In this document: positions 50,307 through 60,687 of the stretch, piece after piece | How positions within the stretch are numbered: the stretch's first letter is position 1 | Layout of the letters: each line of letters opens with the position of its first letter | Assembly (NCBI GenBank): GCA_029953675.1 | Contig: JAMWBK010000010.1 | Location: forward strand, 930,001 to 994,000 | DNA length: 64,000 nt | Direction: 5' to 3' | Source: Rhodosorus marinus CCMP1338 | Taxonomy: Eukaryota; Plantae; Rhodophyta | Notes under the pieces: generated by a model | What the model was told of the DNA's origin: nothing | Databases searched by the model: none | What the model saw: the letters and a program-made list of their open reading frames with translations, nothing else | Translations under genes and position numbers: made by a program

Positions 50307-50948
50307 CTCGTTTCTCCTCTACAAAAAACACAATAGCTCCCCAACCGGCTTCGTCCCAATCACCCCCTTCCCGATGCGCGGTAAGCACTAAAATCTGTGC
50401 AAAAACAAAGTCGAGAAAAATTCGTGAAATTCATTATTCGAATGACCGAATCAAACGATAGGAATTTCAAGGATACATTTGGCCAAGCGGAAATATGTAC
50501 AATTCATAAGTTTAGTTCGAGATGAAATGCCAATGTTACGCCCACTATCGAGCAAGCTTTCAGGGGTTCATTTCTGGCCTTGAGGAAAGTTTCAAATTTC
50601 ATATATCGCGGCCGCGAGCTGCACGATGTTACTTTGCAAGCCGATAATGGCCACATCCTTTGACCTCTCGGTGATGGTGTGGAGGAGGGGAAGGTGGCAT
50701 TGGAGATGGATTGGAGTGTTTACGGTCCAGTCTTGAGGAAAATTTCTATCTGAAATCCTGCTTGTCTTCATGGGAAAGCTCGTTCAGTTGTTCGTTCTCT
50801 AGATAGTGAATTTTTCGTGTTCTAAGCAAAGCTGGGGACGATGATGACGAAAGCGATCCTGAGTTGCTGCGCGGGCGACGGGGAGTGAATTTCTGAACAG
50901 CCGTATCCTGTAAAAAATTTAAGAGGAATAATCTCCGACTGTTTCAGC

Positions 50949-53336
50949 ATGGACAGTGGATTTTGTGTTAATGTCTTTGGTGCTTGGGCCAACTTTGGGG
51001 CTGAGAAGCGACCTGTTTGCGAACGTTCCCTGAACGAAGATAATAGAGTCTCGAGCAGAGTCGTAGTTTGTGCGAAGAAGAAGAAGAAGAAGAGAAAGGG
51101 TGCTTCTCCTCCACCTCAGTGGCCTGGCGGGGATCCTGACAATGTGCCCCCCGAGTACGAAGAGCTTTCTGATCATGTTCAGCAGTGTTTCTTGGACTTG
51201 AAATCGAGAAACCTAGAGGCCGCGAGGCTATCTTTCGAGGAGCTTCTTACCTGTGAACTATCCCCCTCAAACCAGATATACGGGTCAATGGTTCTCAACT
51301 TTGCGAAGTGCAGTTCAATTGAGGATGCAGAGAAGACTTTGCGGGTGGCCAACGAAAGGAACGGACCGAGCATTGATGTGTACAATGCGCTTATTCGCTG
51401 CTACTGCCTTGTAAGACGAATGGATAAAGTGAAAGAGGCCTACCACCAGCTCCTTGATCATGGACTGAGGCCGACTGGAAAGACGATCTATGAGATTGGA
51501 ACTCTCGCGACGGCACTTCGTGACAAGGAAACCGCAAAATGGATCATGACTGAGGTTAAAAGACTTCGTCTCCGTAAGGATAGGAACGTTTTTAAGACAA
51601 TCCTTAAGTACTACGCACTTATGGAGGACAGCGATAACCTTGAGCTGGCTAGTTACGAGATGGTTGAGAGCTATGGGATGAGGATGGACGTTGAAGCGTA
51701 TAACATTCGAGTGAACGGACTTGCTTATGCTGGTGAACTGGACACCGCAGAGGATGTTATCAAGGAAATGAAGGAGAACATGCTGAAACCTGATGAAGTT
51801 ACGTATCTAGCGCTTCTGAGAGGGTACGTCCGTGAACGAAATCCAGAAAGGGTGAAGAAGGCCTTCTATCTCATGAAACAGCACAAAGCACGGCCGAACT
51901 CCCTGTCGATGGCTCCGATATTCCGACTGATGGGTGAGATCAATGACTACGAAGGAGCGAGGTTCTATCTGAAGGAGATGCGTATCGCAAAGCTAAGAAT
52001 CTCTTCATTCGTGTTCAATGCAATGATATCGATATTTGCTGCTGCTGGGGACATGAGTTCTGCATTGGAGACATTCCGAAGAATGCAAAAAGAAGATATT
52101 CTCCCGAGTTTGACCACTTATCGGGCACTGTTCCAGGAATACATTTGCGAAGAGAACGACATGCGGTTTCCTCCTTCTGAGGAGATATTCGGGAAACTGT
52201 TAGCCGAGCACAATATTCAAGAGGATTTGTACCTGGATGCGCTTCTTCTTGACGCCTACTTGCGAAACGGGCAGCCAAGTCGAGCCCGCTCCCTGTTGAG
52301 GAGAATCTCCCGCGATGGGCGTCCGGTTAAGGTTGTTATTTACAACGTTATGATCCGCTCCCTGTGCGAAAGAGGACGGACAGAGGAAGCTGAGGAGCTT
52401 CTAAAGCGGATGCGGGTACTAGATATACAACCAAACTACAGATCATTCTCCCCCCTACTGCGCGCATACTGCTTCCAGCTTGAAGACGAAAAAGCGTTCC
52501 AGTGTCTTTTAGAAATGAGAGAAAGCGTGCTCTTCCCAAGGCAGTCAGCTCGATCTTCGGTGCGGTCGGCCCGGAACAAATCGCATAAATTCGAGAGACT
52601 TGTCCCTTTGATACGAGAGATGGATGCTGAACTCATAGAGGAAATGAAGAGGATGCGACTGATCCCTCGGAAGAAGATCCGAAAAATGCTCTACTTGAAA
52701 CGGTACACAGACAACAAAGTATGGAAGATTTTCGAGGACCATCAGCTTCAGTACGATCGGCTGACGGAGAGGATAGACGGCGAACTTTTCGAAAAAGGTC
52801 GTTATAGACCGGACGAGTTGTTTGAGTTTGGGGAGAGAGACAGTGATTTGGCAGCCGACATGGCGATTTTGAACAAAGCCGTTGAGCCCACTTTGCCCCA
52901 GCTAGTTGAAGGAGGACTCATAAGCCAGTCAACGAAGCATCTGTGGGTTGATGAAGACAACGATGATGAACCTCATCAGGACGAACCGCGGAATGCGAGG
53001 CTACTCTCTTCTAGAATAGCTTTCGAAGAGGAGGAAGAAGAGGAAGGGGAAGAGAAAGAAGAGGAAGAAGAGGAAGAAGAGGAAGAAGAGGAAGAAGAGG
53101 AAGAAGAGGAAGAAGAGGAAGGAGAGGAGGAGGAAGAAGAAGAGAACGAAAAGGCCGAGCAATCTGAAGCAGCGCTTAAAGATGAAGAGGAAGAGGGTGA
53201 AGGTGAAGAAGGGGAGGAAGTTGAGAGCTCCTTACCGACCTATAGTAGGTTGGACGTCGAAGTAGATGAGGATATTGACGAGACGAATGACGGAGTAAGC
53301 GAGCAATTTCTCTATCTCATAAAGCTCATCCGCTAG
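50949..53336 (+). CDS. Pentatricopeptide-repeat protein (P-type) with poly-Lys after the leader and a poly-Glu tail
   Basis: 795-aa intronless ORF with ~35-aa helical repeats (YNALIRCYC, PDEVTYLALLRGY, FVFNAMISIFA, YNVMIRSLCERGRTEEA, PNYRSFSPLL). Confidence 0.92.
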   Translation: MDSGFCVNVFGAWANFGAEKRPVCERSLNEDNRVSSRVVVCAKKKKKKRKGASPPPQWPGGDPDNVPPEYEELSDHVQQCFLDLKSRNLEAARLSFEELLTCELSPSNQIYGSMVLNFAKCSSIEDAEKTLRVANERNGPSIDVYNALIRCYCLVRRMDKVKEAYHQLLDHGLRPTGKTIYEIGTLATALRDKETAKWIMTEVKRLRLRKDRNVFKTILKYYALMEDSDNLELASYEMVESYGMRMDVEAYNIRVNGLAYAGELDTAEDVIKEMKENMLKPDEVTYLALLRGYVRERNPERVKKAFYLMKQHKARPNSLSMAPIFRLMGEINDYEGARFYLKEMRIAKLRISSFVFNAMISIFAAAGDMSSALETFRRMQKEDILPSLTTYRALFQEYICEENDMRFPPSEEIFGKLLAEHNIQEDLYLDALLLDAYLRNGQPSRARSLLRRISRDGRPVKVVIYNVMIRSLCERGRTEEAEELLKRMRVLDIQPNYRSFSPLLRAYCFQLEDEKAFQCLLEMRESVLFPRQSARSSVRSARNKSHKFERLVPLIREMDAELIEEMKRMRLIPRKKIRKMLYLKRYTDNKVWKIFEDHQLQYDRLTERIDGELFEKGRYRPDELFEFGERDSDLAADMAILNKAVEPTLPQLVEGGLISQSTKHLWVDEDNDDEPHQDEPRNARLLSSRIAFEEEEEEEGEEKEEEEEEEEEEEEEEEEEEEEEGEEEEEEENEKAEQSEAALKDEEEEGEGEEGEEVESSLPTYSRLDVEVDEDIDETNDGVSEQFLYLIKLIR
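53025..53144 (+). repeat. Coding (GAGGAAGAA)n microsatellite encoding poly-Glu
   Basis: Near-perfect 9-mer run within the acidic tail of the + strand PPR gene. Confidence 0.9.
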
Positions 53337-53549
53337 GTTTTATTTAATGCCGCTGAGCTTTAGGTACAGATTGAAACGGGGTGAATCAGGAACCGCGCTT
53401 CAGCGCTTAGGATCTTAAATCAATTTTACCTACTCTATGTCCGGCTCAGTTATGTGCTCTGTTATTAAAGCTAGACGTCAAAAAGTTACTGTCACACTGA
53501 ACTCATTATACAAAAGGATCTTTTCCTCGAATTCAGCGGTCTCCTAATT

Positions 53550-55571
53550 TTAGTTCGTTTCTGGTGGAGGTAGCACGCCCTCCAAGAGGGTGAGCCGAAG
53601 GCCGGCCTTCGAATGAGCCCCGTCTTGTTCCTTCTTTTCCACGTTCTCTACTTTCTCCAAAGGTTCAACAAGCTCACCATGGATTTCATCATCCTCTGGG
53701 GTGTCCACCACTCCATCGAGATACACAATCTCGTCCATGTACGATTCCACGTCCTCTTCGTATTCGTCGTATTCAAATTCATCTTCCTCATCCTCTTCTA
53801 GAGCGCCTTCTGCGTCCTCTCCATCTCCTTCTACATCATCCTCCAGCTCCAGTTCCGCCTGTTTCGCTTCCTCTTCCAAGACCCTTGCCTCCCGCTCCTC
53901 AGCTTGGATCCTCTCCTCAACCACCCTCCTCCTGGATGTCTCCAAGGCGTCAAGGAGCTGTATCCAGTTCGGGTCCCTCGAAAATGTATCAAATACAGCT
54001 CGGTGTACACGCCTGGACGGAGTCACAGAGAAGCGACGCATCCATTTTATGAGGTCAAGGACGCCATCGAAATCCCGCTCCTTGCAGAGGGCGGCAGTTA
54101 AGCTACCGTAGCTGCGCTCGTTTGGGGTAATTCCCGTCTCATTGGCTTTCTCCAAGATTTCTACTGCCTTTGAGATTTGCGACGAGCGCAAGAAGTGGTC
54201 CGCAACGGCGTTGAACGAATTGATCTCCGGAGAAATCATCGCATCCTTCATTACCAGGACAGTACGATGCGCTGAATCAATGCTGTTCGTTCGTAAGTAG
54301 GCATCCAAGAGCGCTGCATATTGCTCTTCTGCTTCTTCGAGCGACTCAACAATCTCTTCCGGGGATGCGAACCGATTCTCATCGTTGTTATAGAACTTGT
54401 AGAAAAGCGATGCGTACGTGCGCAAGGTAGGGATGTACTCGTCTCGGATGAAATACTGAAACGTGTCAAAAGACTTTGCAAGGTTGGTCCGTTTGCTCTG
54501 AAGTTGGAGAAGTTTGTGGTAGGTCTTCTGTTTGAGGCGAACGTTATCGGCCCGAACGTCATCGACCAAGGCCTCAGCAGAATCTAGATCGCCGGCCTTG
54601 CAATACGCTGCCATTAGGATACCGTACGTTGCCGCAGTTGGTCGAAACGATTCCTTTCGCATTCTCATCAAGGTTTTGGTGGCGGATGATATGTTCCCTG
54701 CTGCCAGGTAGGAACGGATCATCGCCGTGTACGTCGCGTCATTCGGCCTCAAGCCGGACTCGAGCAGCTCGCGCAAGATGACCTCCATTTTTTTCAGGTT
54801 TCCTTTCCTTCCATTTACGAACAGTCTCGAGTTGAAAACGTCCAATGTCGGCTCAAACCCATTGTCCAGCATCTCCCGGAAGTGCTCCTCAGCAGCTCGC
54901 GCGTCGTCCTCCATAGCGTCCAATTTTATTAAGGCGGCATATGTGAATTCGCTAGGAGCAGGTTTTCTGCTATGCATCAGATTCACTACCCATTTTACGG
55001 ATCCAGCATCCCCTGTCTGGGCTAGGTAATTAACTGCCACTGCGTAAGACCTTCCTTCCGGCTCAATTCCATTTTCGAACATTCTTATTAGCGCTTTCTT
55101 GACCCCTGACCTGTCTGCTGCGCGTCCATACGCTCTAATAAGAATCGTGAAGCTCTCCAAGTTCGGGTCAACATCCCTCATAGCCATTTCTGTGAAGACT
55201 TTCTCGACGTCTATGGTTCCCGAGAGTTTTTCAAAGCTCTTCAGGATGAGGTTATAGGTGGACAGACTAGGGAAGAATTCACAAGCCCGGAGCCTGGTGA
55301 GCGACATCCGAGCTTTTTCCAGATGGCCAACCTTGGCCGCCCGTAGCAGCGCCTCCACTGAATTTTGAAGTTCATCCTCTTTCTTAGTCCGAATCGCGCG
55401 TTGAACCTGCTGCCTACCTCGAGGAGCTCTCTTCTTCTTCTTCTTCTTCTTTCTCGCCTCGTCCATCATGGTCTCAAGCCACCACAAGCATATTGAAACG
55501 TCACGAGTCCTCGCGGATCTCCTCGTAGTTACTCCAGCACTGACAAAGCATATTCTCCGTTCAACCTCCAT
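53550..55571 (-). CDS. Pentatricopeptide-repeat protein, paralogue of 50949-53336, with poly-Lys head and acidic tail
   Basis: 673-aa intronless ORF with PSLSTYNLILKSF, PNLESFTILIRAY, PNDATYTAMIRSY, PTAATYGILMAAYCKAGDLDSA and PNERSYGSL. Confidence 0.92.
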   Translation of the reverse strand: MEVERRICFVSAGVTTRRSARTRDVSICLWWLETMMDEARKKKKKKKRAPRGRQQVQRAIRTKKEDELQNSVEALLRAAKVGHLEKARMSLTRLRACEFFPSLSTYNLILKSFEKLSGTIDVEKVFTEMAMRDVDPNLESFTILIRAYGRAADRSGVKKALIRMFENGIEPEGRSYAVAVNYLAQTGDAGSVKWVVNLMHSRKPAPSEFTYAALIKLDAMEDDARAAEEHFREMLDNGFEPTLDVFNSRLFVNGRKGNLKKMEVILRELLESGLRPNDATYTAMIRSYLAAGNISSATKTLMRMRKESFRPTAATYGILMAAYCKAGDLDSAEALVDDVRADNVRLKQKTYHKLLQLQSKRTNLAKSFDTFQYFIRDEYIPTLRTYASLFYKFYNNDENRFASPEEIVESLEEAEEQYAALLDAYLRTNSIDSAHRTVLVMKDAMISPEINSFNAVADHFLRSSQISKAVEILEKANETGITPNERSYGSLTAALCKERDFDGVLDLIKWMRRFSVTPSRRVHRAVFDTFSRDPNWIQLLDALETSRRRVVEERIQAEEREARVLEEEAKQAELELEDDVEGDGEDAEGALEEDEEDEFEYDEYEEDVESYMDEIVYLDGVVDTPEDDEIHGELVEPLEKVENVEKKEQDGAHSKAGLRLTLLEGVLPPPETN

Positions 55572-56115
55572 GAGCTCAAATCAAAAACTGTAGATCTTCG
55601 GCACACACGAGACCTCAGTACAGCTTGAAACCGAGAGAGACAAGGCTTTCGAGAAAGGAATCTACTCGTTTTGTTTTCCCTAGTAAGTTTCATACACTGT
55701 CATCCCAAACAATAATAAAATACACTCTGGGAACACAACCCCTCCCAGAACAGCTCAGTCTCCTCGCAATCTCCTGCCAAGCTGGTTTGATATCCTCATT
55801 TGATATGGCAAAACCCACTAGGTTTTAGAGCTCCAAATTCAAAACAAAACCTCCGGCTCCGTCTCCCTCTCTCTCTGTCTCTCTCTGCAGCAATTCACAG
55901 TAAACTATCTATCCCGGGCACCGTTCTTAAAAAACTCTTCTTTCTGAGGACTTCTTGCTCATCGTCCTTCGTAAAGTCCGTGGACTTAATAAATCTGGCA
56001 ACGACCGCAGATTGGAATTTTTTCTATTTAGAAACTACCGAAATTTTATATTTTGGAGTACGAACCGTCTGCTGTTATGACAAGCGCCGACTAGGTATGT
56101 GGTCCAAGTTACGGT

Positions 56116-56201
56116 GGAGAGGCGATATGTAGCGGGTGCGAAGAAGTAATATGGCCTGAGCGAGTGAACTCGGCTCAGGCTATCTTCCTTTCCCGCTCTC
56201 C
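56116..56201. ncRNA. Candidate structured RNA: long imperfect intergenic hairpin
   Basis: Nested complementary segments AGCGGG/CCCGCT, GAAG/CTTC, ATGGCCTGAGC/GCTCAGGCTAT and CGAG/CTCG around a TGAA loop. No family identified. Confidence 0.3.
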
Positions 56202-57587
56202 GGTTTCAAGTCTCAGGTTTCAGGTTCTTGCGGGGGATATCTGATGTCATGTTACGGTGGTGTGCGCAGGTCGTTCACGTTGGACGTTTGTTTGTTTTCT
56301 GTCTGCAGCCGGGAAGTTGGATTTAGTTCATCTAGTTTCGTTTCTTCCAGCCTGGGATGCTGATATGGGATTATCAGTAAGAGCGGGAGCCATGACACGG
56401 GCATTGGCCATATAGATTATAGGTCCTAGCCTGGGCTTCGCCCGCATCCCGGTACGCACACAACAGAGGCAGAACAGCTTGCACCGTGGATATTTGTCAT
56501 CCGATAAACATCTATAGTTTCCCGAAAAAACCGCGAAAATCGCATCGTATAGCTCCAGAGATTCACATGCGTTGTCTGGCACATCTGGTGGAAAAAGAAG
56601 CAGCCATTCCATGATCTATTCGTAGATTTGTGCTGTTAAAGCTGAGGTCCCATCGCTGGGACAGGTCCAGACTTCGTTGGCAAGCAAAAGTTGCTACTCT
56701 GGTCGATCTGCAGGGCATTCCTTCCTTCGCGAATGAGAGTTGAAACTGCAAGCGAGTTTTGCACTGCTCGTAATTTTGCACGTCAGGCAAATTGATTAAC
56801 GGAAGACTACCTCGATGCGATCGATATATTCCGTTGCTCCTTCATGGTTTGCCGTCTCGACCATTACACTGCTGTCAATGCGCCAGACTCTAAGACCTTC
56901 AAGCGGATGTTCCAATTCATCTGGTCCTGTTGAAAAGGACTCATTTTAGATACAAATTCGTGCAGGCGTTAGACGCACGTATTTTGATATTACCACGGGG
57001 TCCAAGCTTAGTAAGGTGTCCTTAAAATCTGCCGTAAGTGATTGAATTATCCGAGGCCCTTCACGTTGGACTTCAGCAGGGCATTGCAACCTGAAGAGGT
57101 CAATAAAGTAAGCAAGGTACAGTGCCAGAAGACTTTCCTTAAGCTTGTCGTCTGGTCTCGCGTCCTTGAAGCTCCTGTGTTGGTAGTCAACAGTCAGATG
57201 ATATTATTCCCTAAATATCTTCTAAAGTAGCCATCAACTCAATCCCTCCCAGCTTACCACATGAGAACAGCCACGAAGGATTCCGGTTCCATAGTCAGCA
57301 TCCGAAGCTCAGCTGGGATTTCGACCATCTTTCCTCGGAGTTGATTCTTCACAACCTCCTGGCATATCCAAAACTTGAGCAGAACAAGTCTCAGACCACG
57401 CCCGAGCTTCTGCTTTTTCAGGGTTACTGCGAAGGTTTAGACTTACTGCCATACGTGGATTCTGTTGACCAAGCAAGAACTCCTCCTGCTCTTCGCGTGG
57501 TAACTCCACAAGCTTCTCTGAAAGCTGATGTACCTGTCAACGGAAAGTCAAAATCCGCCTCAGCTGACTGCGCACTATCGTTCATGT

Positions 57588-58470
57588 TCAAACCACGGTA
57601 TCTTTTCTGAGGCGTACATCGAGAACGGAAGCGCGATGTGAATGTAGCCTTTGCTGGTCAAACAATTCCTCCCAAAGGCGCATAAGCACTTCATAGCTTT
57701 CCGCCTTGTGCTTCTCGATGCTAAACAGTACCGCCTTACGCAGCGCTCGCCCCAGTCGATTCAATATGAAGGGGCTTTTCTGCTGCTTGAGAAACGCCTG
57801 ATCTACGAATGTCTTTCTACCAGTTCTGATAGCGTTTGTCACGTGGTGTAGAAAGAGCTCTATATTTCTCCACTGCGGATGAACTAACTCGTCTGATCCA
57901 ACGTAGGTTTCCAGTAGCTTTTTCAGGTCCTTATATCGAAAACGAGTTTGCTAGTGTTTCAGCAGAAGGGCTGAGAGAAATGCCATAGGGTTTAGGTATC
58001 CTACCTGTTTAGCCACAGCCTCGCTCGAGTCCTCCTCAACGACAAGGAAGTTCAGACATTCCAACAATATGTCCAACAATAAATCATCGTCACGTGAATC
58101 CATGCCGAGGAAGCAGTACGCGCCCGCATCCCTCGACTTTTCCGCGGTCATCATATCGCGCATGTTCCACAGGATGCCATCCTGCCTCATTCTCGCGTGC
58201 GAGGTCAGCAAGATCTTAATCATCCTGTGGAATGTGATGTAGGAAAGGCCCATATACTGTCCAATAGTGTGATGCACCTGCAGCCCAAACGTCAGGTCCT
58301 CCTCCAAAACATCGGTGAGAGCAAATGCACCACAGTCGTCCACCACAAATCTCCTAAATCAGTTCGAACGCCAAAAACAAAACGGATTACCTTTAAAAGC
58401 GTTATCCTTTTAAGCGAGGGTATATGGCCAGGCGGCGACAAAAGGCTCACTTCATCTCGAGAAACAAAGC
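57588..58470 (-). CDS. Unknown multi-exon protein, helical; boundaries unresolved and probably extends toward ~56.3 kb
   Basis: Consecutive minus-strand ORFs with protein-like composition (LLDILLECLNFLVVEEDSSEAVAKQ; LGRALRKAVLFSIEKHKAESYEVLMRLWEELF) and splice-like ends. Confidence 0.35.
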
Positions 58471-60159
58471 TCGTTGAATCCGCCAAGAATTGAACCTTGA
58501 ACAACCAAAAGACCGTACTCGAAAGCTGTCAGGGTGCACAAAAGGAATATAGCCAAGGATAGAATGCTTCCTACACTAGGAAAGTGAGTCCTAGCTCAAA
58601 CCAACCCCCCCTCTTTGGAAACACTGTCACCAAAACCCTTCCAACTCGACAAAATCCGGGAACCCATGAGCAAATTCTTAGTACATGTACTAAAGCGTTC
58701 CGTTCGAGAAGGAGATGCCGTCCAGACTTCTCACGTCCTTGCTTATTGCATATCTACGACGAAATTAACTTTTATATCTATTCAACAAGTAGATAATCAA
58801 AATAAAAAATTGATACATATATTTTTATTCTTTATACAGTAGACATATATAATTCAATAATTTAATTTTTGCATATGTGGTTTTTATTTATTAAAACAAA
58901 TAATATTACCGGGCCTTTTTTCAAAATTATTTCATGTATGGGTGGCAACTATATGCATATTAGTTGTTTTACAAGATAAGATGCAGATTGAAGTTTCAAC
59001 GTACAACTCCATTAGAGGAGTTAGTACTCCCCTTGCCGGTTGTCAATCCGACCAGCCAACCAACCCCCCTCCTCGCCCATTGCCATATGGGTTTGTTGGA
59101 TGCATTGCTGTTTCTAAAACGCCGGGAAATGGTTGCTTTGTTTTTCGTTGGTTTTTCGTTTCCTGATTTGTATGGGTAAATCTATTTATGAAAATGGACC
59201 AATGAAAGATTCTTATGGAGTCTACATTACCAATGAAAGACCAGCTTGAGCAGTTATTATCCAATGGTATAGGCCGCAGGATTGGCTTTTACTGACTTAA
59301 CCAGAAATCGCGGAACGTGCGGAAACCTCGTTCACGTGGATGGGGAATGCTTCGAGAACGTGGATGCCCCACGTATACCTTCGACCTATACAATGATTAG
59401 TCCGCGCTTGAGGACGAACGCACTTGGCAATTGAACCATCTTGAGTTCTTCTCAGGATTCTGCCACTGGCAATTTACTGTTACCTAGGGTTCAGTCCCGA
59501 GGAACTAGCCCTGACTTCATTGCTGTGAGCTTGGAGCTCTACATACTATCAACGGGATATTGGTATTTCCCGACCGCTCTTCTCCGCGGCTTCGTAGACG
59601 GGATACTCTGGGGCTAGGCACCATATTTCATTCACGAAGACACTTTGCCGATTGGTCCGCACCAGTCAAAATCCATCTGCCTAAGCAACCTCAGTGCTTT
59701 GCATATCTCCGGAGAAGCTCGAAGTGCTTGTGAACAATGCGAAAAATCACACAGGTACCAAAGATTTCTGGCTGACAATGATAAAATTTGTTTCGAGTGA
59801 ACTATTCCCGGCAGAAGCAACAGTAGTGGGATTCAATGAAGCGGTGGGCTTCCTAATGTGACTAGTTATAGCGCATCGAGCAGGTCCAAACTTCATTACT
59901 TCGAAGTAGTTGAGGCCGTCGTTCTTTGCGATATTAGTCTTTAGCATTCAGCTTTAATACATCCGCACAAGGAGGAAAATAATAATTACACATTGAATAT
60001 TCTATGACAACCAAGCGCTCATAGCGCCAAAAATATATATATTGTTGCCCGTCATCGCGCGCATCACGAGATTTCCTATACCACTTCACCATGTCCCGTT
60101 GTTGCGTTCTCAACAAAGCAATCAGGGTACTCGGTTTCGATTTTTTCGCGATACAAACA

Positions 60160-60687
60160 CTACATACCACTCGGGAATGTACTGAAGCGATAAACTATGT
60201 TAAGGACGTCAAACGTCTCCTTCTTCTGTCGAACGGCCTGAGTCTTGCGACGTCGTTTTCTTCGATCGGCTTGACTCGTTGAAATATCATGCAAGTTCTT
60301 CTCAGCAAATATGTTTTGGTGAGTTCGCATATGCCTTGCATACGTGCGCTCAGTCTTGAAAGTCTTTTGACACTGCTCGCAGCTGCGCTCGTCAGAAGCA
60401 AAACGCTCAAAACTTGGCATGCTCCAAGATGAGGCGTTGCTGTCATCTTCACAAGAACTTTTCACAGAAGTAACCATCGATGTACTCGAAACTACGCTCT
60501 CATCGCAGCTTGGGACGCTCCGCTCATCTGCGCCGGAAACAGACTCAGCCCCACCAAACAAGGATTTGCTAGAAGGAGGGCTAAAGAAGGAGTCGTCCTC
60601 CACTGACATTGTGTCCTCGGAGGAGACAAACCCCATTTGTCCTCGTCTTCGCATGAACTCATCAAAGCTTCCCGAAAAGTAACTCAT
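60160..60687 (-). CDS. C2H2 zinc-finger protein
   Basis: CEQCQKTFKTERTYARHMRTH (C-x2-C-x12-H-x3-H), a Ser-rich N-terminus and a basic NLS-like RRKRRRK. The 3' end may be spliced further. Confidence 0.75.
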   Translation of the reverse strand: MSYFSGSFDEFMRRRGQMGFVSSEDTMSVEDDSFFSPPSSKSLFGGAESVSGADERSVPSCDESVVSSTSMVTSVKSSCEDDSNASSWSMPSFERFASDERSCEQCQKTFKTERTYARHMRTHQNIFAEKNLHDISTSQADRRKRRRKTQAVRQKKETFDVLNIVYRFSTFPSGM

